A stretch of DNA of 58,702 nucleotides from a bacterium (GCA_030697685.1 JAUYPF010000048.1:1-58702), one strand, 5' to 3'. Counted from the stretch's first letter, positions 37,048-45,742 are shown. The notes: generated by a model not told the origin, from the sequence alone. Numbers and translations are program-made.

Positions 37048-37058
37048 ATTTATATAAA
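37048..37058 (+). promoter_or_regulatory. TATA box; leaderless mre11-rad50 transcript
   Basis: aataaTTTATATAAAgc lies about 28 nt upstream of the ATG at 37081. Confidence 0.5.
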
Positions 37059-37080
37059 GCATTTTTTCTAGCAAAATTGA

Positions 37081-38280
37081 ATGCTCTTCGCACATTTCTC
37101 TGATTGTCATGTTGGTGGTTGGAAAGAGGAAAAACTGAAAGAACTGAATATGCAGTGCTTTAAGAAAGCTATTGCTCTTGTTATGGAAAGAAACGTTGAC
37201 TTTCTTCTCATCTCTGGAGATTTGTTTAATACTGCACTACCACAGATTGACTATATTAAAGAATGTACTTCTGAATTGAAGAAACTGAAAGACTTGGGCA
37301 TCACGGTGTACATGATTGCAGGCTCGCATGATTATTCTCCTAGTGGAAAAACTATGCTTGATGTTTTAGAAAAAGCTGGTCTCATTATCAATGTGATGAA
37401 TTTTTATGAGGATGGGACTTTAAAATTTACTTATGATAAAACTGGTGCAAAGATTACTGGTATGCTCGGAAAGAAAGGTGGATTAGAAATTAATGATTAT
37501 GAAAATCTCAATGTGAAAAATCTTGAAGCTGAAGATGGTTTCAAAATTTTTATGTTTCATACAGCAATCAATGAATTTAAACCACAAGGATTAGAAGAAA
37601 TGGCTGGAGCAGATGCTGCAACATTGCCACAGAATTTTCATTATTATGCAGGGGGGCATGTACATTATATTTTTCAGAAAAAATTTGGACAAGGGGTTTT
37701 AACTTTTCCTGGAGCACTCTTCCCTAATAATTTCAAAGAAATGGAAGAGTGGCAGTATGGAGGTGTGTATTTCGTTGATGAACATGCTAAGTGGGAATAT
37801 GTGCCTGTGAAAATTAAAGATGTTGAAACATTTTCTATTTCTATTGATGATTTGAGCCCAGAACAAGCAACTGCAAAAATATTACAAGAAGTTAAAGCTC
37901 GAAATACGAAAGATAAAATTATTACTCTCCGTGTACATGGTGAATTGGATGGGAAAACTTCAGATATCAATTTCAAAGAAATTATTGAACATCTCCATGA
38001 AGCATACTTTGTGTTAAAAAATACTAACAAATTACAATCGAAACAAAATAAAGAAATAAGCATGAAATTGGGGACTGTTGAAGAGATTGAACAAGAAATT
38101 CTTAAAGAACAAATTTCTGAGATCAAAATCAAAGAAATGGATAAAAATAAAGAAGATCAATTTACTCAATTGCTTATGCAACTATTGAATAAAGAAAAAG
38201 AAGATGGAGAAAAAGTGCAGGATTTTGAAAAAAGAATCATCTCTGAAGGATTAAAGGTGTTGGACGTTGAAACTGCATAA
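37081..38280 (+). CDS. mre11: DNA double-strand break repair nuclease Mre11
   Basis: Calcineurin-like phosphoesterase motifs FAHFSDCHVG, LISGDLFN, IAGSHDY and GGHVH. Confidence 0.9.
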   Translation: MLFAHFSDCHVGGWKEEKLKELNMQCFKKAIALVMERNVDFLLISGDLFNTALPQIDYIKECTSELKKLKDLGITVYMIAGSHDYSPSGKTMLDVLEKAGLIINVMNFYEDGTLKFTYDKTGAKITGMLGKKGGLEINDYENLNVKNLEAEDGFKIFMFHTAINEFKPQGLEEMAGADAATLPQNFHYYAGGHVHYIFQKKFGQGVLTFPGALFPNNFKEMEEWQYGGVYFVDEHAKWEYVPVKIKDVETFSISIDDLSPEQATAKILQEVKARNTKDKIITLRVHGELDGKTSDINFKEIIEHLHEAYFVLKNTNKLQSKQNKEISMKLGTVEEIEQEILKEQISEIKIKEMDKNKEDQFTQLLMQLLNKEKEDGEKVQDFEKRIISEGLKVLDVETA

Positions 38281-40789
38281 AATACGATTAGAGAATATTC
38301 GAAGTTATATTTCTGAGGAAATTATTTTCCCAGAAGGAAAAGTCTTGCTATGGGGAAATATTGGCTCAGGGAAAAGTAGTATTTTGTATGCGATAGATTT
38401 TGTGTTATTTGGATTGCAACAAACAGACTTAGCTGGTGCATCTCTTTTACGAAATGGCACTGAAGAAGGATCTGTTGAATTATTTTTTTCTATTGGGGAT
38501 AAAGAATATGTGTTAAAGCGAGTTTTAAAGAGAACAAAGATAGGAGTTGGACAGGATGCTGGATATATTATCCGTAATGGTATAAAAGAAGATAAGACTG
38601 CGATGGAATTAAAACAAATTGTTCTAGAACTGTTGAACTATCCAAGAGATTTGATCACAAAAAAGAAAAATCTCATTTATCGATATACAGTATATACACC
38701 ACAGGAGGAAATGAAAACTATTCTTCTTGGTCCTAAAGAAGAAAGATTAGATACCTTACGAAAAGTTTTTGGTGTGGACAAATACAAGAGGATCAAAGAG
38801 AATACCAAGATAGTCATTTCTGAATTAAAAGAAAGAAAAAAAATATATGAAGGGGCAAGTCTCGATCTTCCTGAGAAAATTCTAGAGAGAGAGAAAAAAG
38901 AAAAAGAAAATTTAGAGTTAGGACAAAAATATTCTGCACTTCTTCCTCTCTTTGAACAAGTTGAATTAGAGCTTAAGCAAAAGAAAGAACAGATTTTGAT
39001 GTTAGAAATGAAAAAAGAAGAGCTTTCACACATTCTAAAAGAGTTTGCACTTTGTAGTCTGCAAATTACTCATATAAAAGAAGAGAAAGAAGGAAATGCT
39101 GTTAAGGAACAACTGCTCTTGAAAGACATTGAAAATTTACAATTAGAAAAACTTGAGCTGCATGAAGATGTGCAAAAATTAGTGAAAGCATTTGAAGAGC
39201 AAATTCTTCTGAAAGAAAAAGAACTGATGGAAATAGAGTTGAAAAAAGATTGGCTTAGCAAAATCAATACGGATCTTGCCCTTTGTGGTTTGCAACTAAC
39301 CCATATACTAACAGATAAAGAAATAAATGCACAAAAAGAGCAAGTATTATTCAAAGAGCTTGAAAGCTTAGAACTAGAAAAACTAGAATTGCATCAAGAT
39401 GTGAAAGAACTTATCAAAGCTTTAGATACACAGCATCTTTTGAAAGAGAAAGAGCTACGAGAGACTCTAAATAAAGTTCAAGAGTTTAAGACGAGGAAAC
39501 AGCATGCTTTGCATATTAAACACAAAATTGAAAGTTTAAATAACTGCCCCACATGTTTTCAGGAAGTTTCCTTGAGTTATAAACAAAAAATTGTTGAAAA
39601 TTCTTTTTTAGAATTAGGGATTTTTAATAATGAAATACAAATTTCTGAAGTGAAACAGCTTGCTTTAGAGGAGGAAATACAAAACATTCTTAGAGAACTG
39701 GAAATTTTAAAGAAAAGAGAACAAGATGTTGCACTCATCAAATTAAAAATTCAGCATTTAGAAAAAAAGAAAGAAGAGTTATCTCTAATTCAGAAGAAAG
39801 ATATAGAACTTCAAGGCAGTGCTCTCGTATTACGTACAAGAAAAATAGAATTAGAAAAACAACAAGAATCTTTTGCTTATTTAGAAGCCTTATATTCTAC
39901 TCTGAAACAAAAGTTAGAATCATTACGAAAAGAAATAGAGCTTTTGAGAAATAAAGAACGAGATATTGTATTCATACAATTAAAAATACAAAATTTAGAT
40001 AAGAAAAAAGAAGAACTCTCCTTAGTTCAGAAGAGAAATATTGAATTGCAGGAATCTCTTTTTAGCTTAGAAGAGCAAAAATTCGGATTAGAACAGAAAC
40101 AAGAATCTTTGGCATATCTAGAAGCTCTATACCTCCCACTCAAACAGGAAGTAGACTTCATACAAGAAAAAATACAAGTGATCCAATTAGAAAAGACTCA
40201 ATTAGAAGTTGCACAAAAACATATGCAGCTGTTTCTAAATAGCATAGAACTGGAAATCCATAAAAAGATAGTCTTAAGAGAGAAAAAAGAATCTTTGAAT
40301 AAAATTCAATTCTGGTTAACAGATCATTTTATTCCATTAATGGAAAATATGGAAAAGAATATTTTATTTAAGGTGCATGCAGAGTTTAATGCACTTTTTG
40401 AGAAATGGTTTTCTATACTTATTGATAACCAAACACTTTCTATGTGCTTAGATGAAGAATATTCGCCAAAAATTAATCAGAATGGCTATGATATCGCATA
40501 TGAATTTCTCTCTGGTGGAGAAAAAACTGCTGGAGCATTAGCATATAGGCTCGCATTGAATCAAATTATTAATAATTTGAATGTGGGATTGAAAACGCAG
40601 GATTTACTTATATTAGATGAACCTACTGATGGTTTTAGCCATGAACAATTAGATAGACTAAAAGTGCTTATTGACGAATTGAGAATACCACAAATTATTA
40701 TGGTCAGCCATGAGGCACAAATAGAATGTTTTGCGGATCATATTATCCGTTTTGAAAAAAGGGATCATGTTACAAAGGTTATTTTTTAA
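38267..40789 (+). CDS. rad50: DNA double-strand break repair ATPase Rad50 (TTG start, 14-nt overlap with mre11)
   Basis: Walker A GNIGSGKSS, zinc hook CPTC (39545-39556), signature LSGGEKT, Walker B LLILDEPTDGF, and long coiled coils. Confidence 0.92.
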   Translation: MKLHKIRLENIRSYISEEIIFPEGKVLLWGNIGSGKSSILYAIDFVLFGLQQTDLAGASLLRNGTEEGSVELFFSIGDKEYVLKRVLKRTKIGVGQDAGYIIRNGIKEDKTAMELKQIVLELLNYPRDLITKKKNLIYRYTVYTPQEEMKTILLGPKEERLDTLRKVFGVDKYKRIKENTKIVISELKERKKIYEGASLDLPEKILEREKKEKENLELGQKYSALLPLFEQVELELKQKKEQILMLEMKKEELSHILKEFALCSLQITHIKEEKEGNAVKEQLLLKDIENLQLEKLELHEDVQKLVKAFEEQILLKEKELMEIELKKDWLSKINTDLALCGLQLTHILTDKEINAQKEQVLFKELESLELEKLELHQDVKELIKALDTQHLLKEKELRETLNKVQEFKTRKQHALHIKHKIESLNNCPTCFQEVSLSYKQKIVENSFLELGIFNNEIQISEVKQLALEEEIQNILRELEILKKREQDVALIKLKIQHLEKKKEELSLIQKKDIELQGSALVLRTRKIELEKQQESFAYLEALYSTLKQKLESLRKEIELLRNKERDIVFIQLKIQNLDKKKEELSLVQKRNIELQESLFSLEEQKFGLEQKQESLAYLEALYLPLKQEVDFIQEKIQVIQLEKTQLEVAQKHMQLFLNSIELEIHKKIVLREKKESLNKIQFWLTDHFIPLMENMEKNILFKVHAEFNALFEKWFSILIDNQTLSMCLDEEYSPKINQNGYDIAYEFLSGGEKTAGALAYRLALNQIINNLNVGLKTQDLLILDEPTDGFSHEQLDRLKVLIDELRIPQIIMVSHEAQIECFADHIIRFEKRDHVTKVIF
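39029..39478 (+). repeat. tandem duplication of a unit of about 77 aa in the N-terminal Rad50 coiled-coil arm
   Basis: FALCSLQITHIKEEKEGNAVKEQLLLKDIENLQLEKLELHEDVQKLVKAFEEQILLKEKEL aligns with LALCGLQLTHILTDKEINAQKEQVLFKELESLELEKLELHQDVKELIKALDTQHLLKEKEL. Confidence 0.85.
39686..40183 (+). repeat. tandem duplication of a unit of about 79 aa in the C-terminal Rad50 coiled-coil arm
   Basis: KREQDVALIKLKIQHLEKKKEELSLIQKKDIELQ...QQESFAYLEALYSTLKQ aligns with NKERDIVFIQLKIQNLDKKKEELSLVQKRNIELQ...KQESLAYLEALYLPLKQ. Confidence 0.85.
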
Positions 40790-40863
40790 GCTCTAGTTTT
40801 TCTTTCCTATTAGTTGAATAATGAACACAAACTATTTAAATCTCCATATAATTAAAGGCAGTT

Positions 40864-42324
40864 ATGAAAAGAGGCACACTATTATTTGTTTTCACACTAC
40901 TTCTTACAGTAGCTATGGCATCCGCAGACGAAGGTATATCTTTTACTGAGATTAACTCAACTACAATTATATTTCCAGGAGAGCTTGGACAATATACTCT
41001 CCTCCTAAAAAATGAAGGGGCACGTGAGTTAAAAATACAAATTCAAGCAGAAGCTTATGCAGGCTTACCTTCTTCTGATTTTGATTATGTCTTTGTTGAG
41101 CCAAGTTATGTTGAACTTCAAGGGCATGAAGAAACAGAAGTCATTGTTTCTATTAAACTAAAAGAAGATGTTGTTCGACAAAAACGGTATAAAACGTATA
41201 TTACTGCTGAAGCCTTGAATCTTGATGGTATTTCTACACTATATGATTTACAAGTCTTTGCGATGCCTCCACAAAGTGCAATTAGTGCAACACTTTCTGA
41301 ATCTGCAGAGCGTGTTGGGCCTGGAGGAGATCTGAGTATTGATGTACATTTGAAAAATAATCTTATGCAAGATCTCAGTAATGTTGATGTGTATATTTCC
41401 AGTGATCTTTTTGAGGATCAACAAACTATTGAACTCTTTAAAAATCAAGAAAAAGATTTAGAATTTATTTTTACCATTCCACGAAGTGCTGCACCAAAAG
41501 AATATTCTTTTAATGTACGTTTGTATTATGAAGATGAATTGAGTGGAAGTGTTAGTGGTGATTTTATTGTTGATGAAAATCTGAATGTAAGTGAATATAA
41601 TGAAATTGTTTCTGGTTTTCTCTATGAAACAAGAACAGTAACTATTAGTAATAATGGAAATTCTGTGATTAGTGATTTCTATGATCAGGATCCAGGGCTG
41701 TTTGAGAGATGGTTTACAGGCTATTCTGCTGAGCCAAGTTATGATAATGAATTAGGACAGGCTACATGGACCTTTACTCTTGCTCCAGAAGAAAAATTTG
41801 TTCTTGTGAGTGATGAAGATTATCGGCCATTGCTTGTTGGTATTATCGTTGTCTTATTGCTTGGATTCATTATGTATTATATTTTTACCAAAAGAGTTAT
41901 TATTAAAAAAGAAACTTTCAAATTGAAATACAGCACCGATGGGGTTTCTGAGTTTAAAGTATTGCTTCATTTGAAAAACAATACAAATAAAGCAATCAAG
42001 GATATTACTATTATTGATGTATTACCAAAACTGATACAGCCAAAAACTAATTTTGGAACCTTGCATCCAAGTGGTATTGAACGAGGAGACAAAGGAATTA
42101 GAATTATGTGGAAGATCCCAGAGTTAGTTAGTGGTGAAGAGCGAATTATTTCCTATGAAGTGGATGCACAGTTTAAAGTGATTGGAGATATTTCTTTGCC
42201 AAAAGCAACTGTCAAGTACAAAAATAAAAATAACAGAGCAACCCATATTAGCTCTAACAGTGCAAAAGTTGTTTCTGGTATTGTGGAATCTCCTGAAGAG
42301 GAATATCCTAGGAAAAAGAAGTAA
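40864..42324 (+). CDS. hypothetical surface/membrane protein (signal peptide, CARDB/DUF11-like beta domains, internal TM helix)
   Basis: N-terminal signal (LLFVFTLLLTVAMASA), TM helix LLVGIIVVLLLGFIMYYIF, and a DUF11-like segment ITIIDVLPKLIQP. Confidence 0.55.
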   Translation: MKRGTLLFVFTLLLTVAMASADEGISFTEINSTTIIFPGELGQYTLLLKNEGARELKIQIQAEAYAGLPSSDFDYVFVEPSYVELQGHEETEVIVSIKLKEDVVRQKRYKTYITAEALNLDGISTLYDLQVFAMPPQSAISATLSESAERVGPGGDLSIDVHLKNNLMQDLSNVDVYISSDLFEDQQTIELFKNQEKDLEFIFTIPRSAAPKEYSFNVRLYYEDELSGSVSGDFIVDENLNVSEYNEIVSGFLYETRTVTISNNGNSVISDFYDQDPGLFERWFTGYSAEPSYDNELGQATWTFTLAPEEKFVLVSDEDYRPLLVGIIVVLLLGFIMYYIFTKRVIIKKETFKLKYSTDGVSEFKVLLHLKNNTNKAIKDITIIDVLPKLIQPKTNFGTLHPSGIERGDKGIRIMWKIPELVSGEERIISYEVDAQFKVIGDISLPKATVKYKNKNNRATHISSNSAKVVSGIVESPEEEYPRKKK

Positions 42325-42326
42325 TC

Positions 42327-42871
42327 TTATTCTTTTTTTATTTCATTATCTTGGTGTGCTCTACTTCCTGTGACTGATATTTGTCCAAGGTATTTTCCAT
42401 TGTAGCCAACATCTAGCTTTCTATCCATAGTCACAAAAACAATTTGGCATATTCTTCTCCCGCTTTCCAATTTGATAGGTACGTTACAAGCATTAAATAA
42501 CTCTAAAGTAATTGTTCCTTTGAAGCCAGGGTCAATCCAACCTGCATTTTGAATGAATAAAAACCTAAACGGCCGATAGAAGATCTTCCTTCTACAAAGC
42601 CAACATGATCTAAAGGAATCTCTACATATTCCATTGTTTTTGCAAGGATGAAAGACTTGGGTGGGATGATAATTGTATCAGCTTTTATTTCTCTATATTT
42701 AACAGGAGTTCTCATATCAATTAATTCGTGCTGGTGTTCATCCACAACCATAAATTCATCTGCTAAGCGTAAATCAATAGAAGCAGGTTGTATTTGATGA
42801 TCTTCAATAGGATTTATTATTATTTCTTTATTATTTAATTTTTCTCTTAGTCCATGATTTGAAAGTATCAT
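42327..42871 (-). pseudogene. dcd: dCTP deaminase (dcd) interrupted by a single-base frameshift in a T5 run (plus-strand A5 at 42559-42563)
   Basis: The ORF 42503..42871 encodes residues up to ...GRSSIGRLGF. The -1 frame then continues FLFIQNAGWIDPGFKGTITLELFNACNVPIKLESGRRICQIVF... to a TAA at 42327-42329. Confidence 0.8.
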
Positions 42872-42945
42872 CTATTTTTTTAGAGGATAAAAGAGTTTTT
42901 TAAGTTGTGGATGGTAGAGAATATCTCAAAATGGGTGGACAAAAT

Positions 42946-42955
42946 CTTTATAAAG
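42946..42955 (+). promoter_or_regulatory. TATA box of tRNA-Tyr
   Basis: aaaatCTTTATAAAGct lies about 27 nt upstream of 42979. Confidence 0.5.
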
Positions 42956-42978
42956 CTAGGATTTTTCGTCTATAGTAG

Positions 42979-43104
42979 CCCCACGTAGCTTAATGGTTTG
43001 AGCACTTGGCTGTAGATGAATTCCCCTTTTGACACTGCAAAGCAGAGGATGAACAAAGGGCAGCTGATCCCGAGAGGTTCCTGGTTCGAGTCCGGGCGTG
43101 GGGA
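42979..43104 (+). tRNA. tRNA-Tyr (anticodon GUA) with a 53-nt intron (43016-43068)
   Basis: Acceptor CCCCACG/CGTGGGG gives the archaeal/eukaryal Tyr C1:G72 pair. D arm GCTT/GAGC, anticodon stem CTTGG/CCGAG, loop CTGTAG|..|C, T arm CCTGG-TTCGAGT-CCGGG, discriminator A. Confidence 0.85.
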
Positions 43105-43180
43105 TTTATTTTTTTAAACAAATTATTAAACTTAAAATACAAATTTTTACGCACATTAGAAAATTCATTAAACAATAATA

Positions 43181-43531
43181 TTACAGCATCTTCAAGTGCC
43201 CAGTAACTTTGTCAATTTTCTCTTCTTTATCAGGGCCTATTGCTGCACAGGTAACTGTTGGTTTGTCAAAAAAAGTTTTTCCTGCATCGGTAATTATTGC
43301 AGTTTTCAAACCATGCGCTTGCGCTTCTCGTTGATATTTTTGTAACTCTTTTAGATCTGCAACTTTTAATGTGACTTTTTTCATTCCTTCTTCATACCAT
43401 TCATGTACTTTTTCTTTTGAAGAACCAAGAACTGCCTCTACTGATGCGTGCGCCACTTGAATAGAAAGTTTTCCTTTGTCCATTTTCAGATCCATACGAA
43501 CGAGAATTATTTGTTTCATTTTTATTTTCAT
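43181..43531 (-). CDS. pth: peptidyl-tRNA hydrolase, archaeal type (Pth2)
   Basis: KQIILVRMDLKMDKGKLSIQVAHASV...AIITDAGKTFFDKPTVTCAAIGP. Confidence 0.9.
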   Translation of the reverse strand: MKIKMKQIILVRMDLKMDKGKLSIQVAHASVEAVLGSSKEKVHEWYEEGMKKVTLKVADLKELQKYQREAQAHGLKTAIITDAGKTFFDKPTVTCAAIGPDKEEKIDKVTGHLKML

Positions 43532-43620
43532 AGCCTTTAAGTTATATAAAGATTTCCAAAAGCTTTATATTCTTTCTTTCTCATTACTAGAACATTACAC
43601 TTATAGGAGGGTGTTGTCAG

Positions 43621-45531
43621 ATGAAAAAAATTGGAATGATATTTATTATTTTTCTTCTCGGTATAAGCCTTGCAAGTGCAAGTTTTTTTGGAGAAAGTTG
43701 GGGTTTTCTTATAACTGGAAATGTTGTTGCAGAAGGAAATGCAGGAATACTTGAAGGTGAAGAGGTAAGTGGAAGCGGAGAGGGAAGTGCTCCTGCTAGT
43801 GATGGAGGAAGTAGTACACCTGCTCCAGAAACAAGCCCTGCACCAAGTGGTAGTGGGGATTCGGGACAAAGTATGCCTGTCGAAGGTGAACAAAAACCAC
43901 AAGGAGATCAAAATTATCAACAATATCAGGGTGAACAAAGACTAGGTTCTGAACCAAGGAATGAAAAGTGCTTTGTTGGAGATCAAGAAGTCCCTTGCCA
44001 GCAAAATCAAGGACCAGATAATTATCAACAATTTAAGGGAGAACAAAGAGCCCCAGAAGATTCTCAAACAATAGAAGGACAAGAAATTAATATGAAAAGT
44101 GGAGATTATAAACAGCAAGTTTATGGAGAAAACTGGTGTAAAAATGGACAATGTTGCCCTGATTCTATTTGTGATGATTTTGAACAAAAAACAGGGGGAT
44201 GTTCAATGGATTGTGGTAGAAAAGGATCACAACAAACAAATCAATATCAAGAATCAACCCCAATACAAAATTATGTAAGCCAAGAATGTTTAACGGATGA
44301 TACCCTAAATATTTTACAAGAAAAATGTGAAACTAATGGTGGAACTTGGGAGATAATAGATGTTAATGGATGTAGCAAACCAAACTGTAAGTTACAACAA
44401 ATGAAAGGAAATTTTATTTCTGGTGGAGGCTATGACCAAAATTCTATGCAAACATCAAAACTGCAATGTGAACAAATGGACTTAGTGGCAGACGTGGAAT
44501 CAGGGATAAATGGACCACAAATTCAATGTGTAAAAGAAGGTGAGGAAAGGTTTGGAGTTATAACAAGAGAAATTGATGCTGTAGAAGCTTTAGAATTTGT
44601 ATTCAAGCTTGAAGAAATCAAACTAAAATTGAATACAGATGGAGATTTATACAAACGTGTTGAAAGGCTACAAAAATACTATGAAAATCAAGGAGATACC
44701 GAATCGGCTCAAAGATATTCTAATGCCTTAACAAAGATGGAAGAAGCTCGATTGGCAATAGATTCTTTAAGAGAACAAATGAAAAATTCAATAGAAAGTG
44801 AAGGAAAGCTTACTGTAGAAAACTTGTATATGTTTAAAGAAATGACACAAGAAATTGTAGAAGGTAATTTGATGAAAATTGCTTATGCAATGATCGGTGT
44901 CAATGTAGACTTAGTAAGTGAAAGTGAATTATTAGAAAGCAAAGATTGTGAAAATGATGATGAATGTTTTGAAGAACGATTTAAACAGTGTGTCATTGGA
45001 ACAACATTTGAACCTTCAGAAGAACAAGGGGAAATAAGATTAGAAATTGCTGGAAGCGATAGCGGAGCTTGTACAGTTATCTTAAAAATTGAAAATTCTG
45101 GAGATGTAAATTGTGTTTTTAATGAAGCACAATACAAGTACATGCCATTGTCTAGAGAGGCATTCCTTAGTGTTTGTGGAGAAGAACTAAAAAGCAAAAT
45201 AACTATGCCTATAGAAGAATTTGAAGATGAATCTGAATTTGAAGGTGAATATGATGGAGGAAAAGACCAATTCTGTCAAATTAATGAAGGCTGTAATTGC
45301 AACGAAATATGTGAAGAAAATATTGGAGAAGATGCCAATTGTGATGACTGTTTGAGATTTGGGACCTGTGGAGATGGATTATGTGAACCAAAAGTCAATG
45401 AAAATCTTGAGAATTGCCCTGAAGATTGTACTTCAAATATAATCGAAGAGAACAGCATAGATTTGGTTGAGGAAGAAATACTTTCAGAAACAACAGAACC
45501 TGTAATGAGTGAAGAGCTCATTACTCAATAA
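43621..45531 (+). CDS. secreted Cys-rich hypothetical protein with a low-complexity N-terminal region
   Basis: SD ggaggg. Signal peptide (IFIIFLLGISLASA), a G/S/P/E/Q-rich tract with repeated (D)NYQQ(Y/F)(Q/K)GEQR, many Cys, and a C-terminal CGDGLCEPKVNENLENCPEDC module. Confidence 0.6.
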   Translation: MKKIGMIFIIFLLGISLASASFFGESWGFLITGNVVAEGNAGILEGEEVSGSGEGSAPASDGGSSTPAPETSPAPSGSGDSGQSMPVEGEQKPQGDQNYQQYQGEQRLGSEPRNEKCFVGDQEVPCQQNQGPDNYQQFKGEQRAPEDSQTIEGQEINMKSGDYKQQVYGENWCKNGQCCPDSICDDFEQKTGGCSMDCGRKGSQQTNQYQESTPIQNYVSQECLTDDTLNILQEKCETNGGTWEIIDVNGCSKPNCKLQQMKGNFISGGGYDQNSMQTSKLQCEQMDLVADVESGINGPQIQCVKEGEERFGVITREIDAVEALEFVFKLEEIKLKLNTDGDLYKRVERLQKYYENQGDTESAQRYSNALTKMEEARLAIDSLREQMKNSIESEGKLTVENLYMFKEMTQEIVEGNLMKIAYAMIGVNVDLVSESELLESKDCENDDECFEERFKQCVIGTTFEPSEEQGEIRLEIAGSDSGACTVILKIENSGDVNCVFNEAQYKYMPLSREAFLSVCGEELKSKITMPIEEFEDESEFEGEYDGGKDQFCQINEGCNCNEICEENIGEDANCDDCLRFGTCGDGLCEPKVNENLENCPEDCTSNIIEENSIDLVEEEILSETTEPVMSEELITQ

Positions 45532-45543
45532 GGAGGTGAAAAT

Positions 45544-45729
45544 ATGCAGAAAAAAATACTTGCAATTGTTATGGTACTTTTGTTGCTTTTATTAATTACA
45601 GGATGTACAAGCAGCATAAAGAGTGATGAACAAGCTGTAGATGAAATGGGGAATGTAAGTGATGAGATTACAGACATAACTCAGGATTTACAGACAATAA
45701 ACGAAGATCTTGGAAGTTCTTCTACCTAA
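45544..45729 (+). CDS. small putative lipoprotein
   Basis: SD aaggaggtg. Signal peptide ending in a lipobox-like LITGC. Confidence 0.5.
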   Translation: MQKKILAIVMVLLLLLLITGCTSSIKSDEQAVDEMGNVSDEITDITQDLQTINEDLGSSST

Positions 45730-45742
45730 TTTTTTTCTTTTT

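Noticed and set aside
43014-43067. The tRNA-Tyr intron as a bona fide C/D-box sRNA.
   Set aside because: The D' box is absent (CUGC rather than CUGA). The C boxes deviate from RUGAUGA, and the would-be guide segments base-pair with each other. I kept it only as a low-interest finding.
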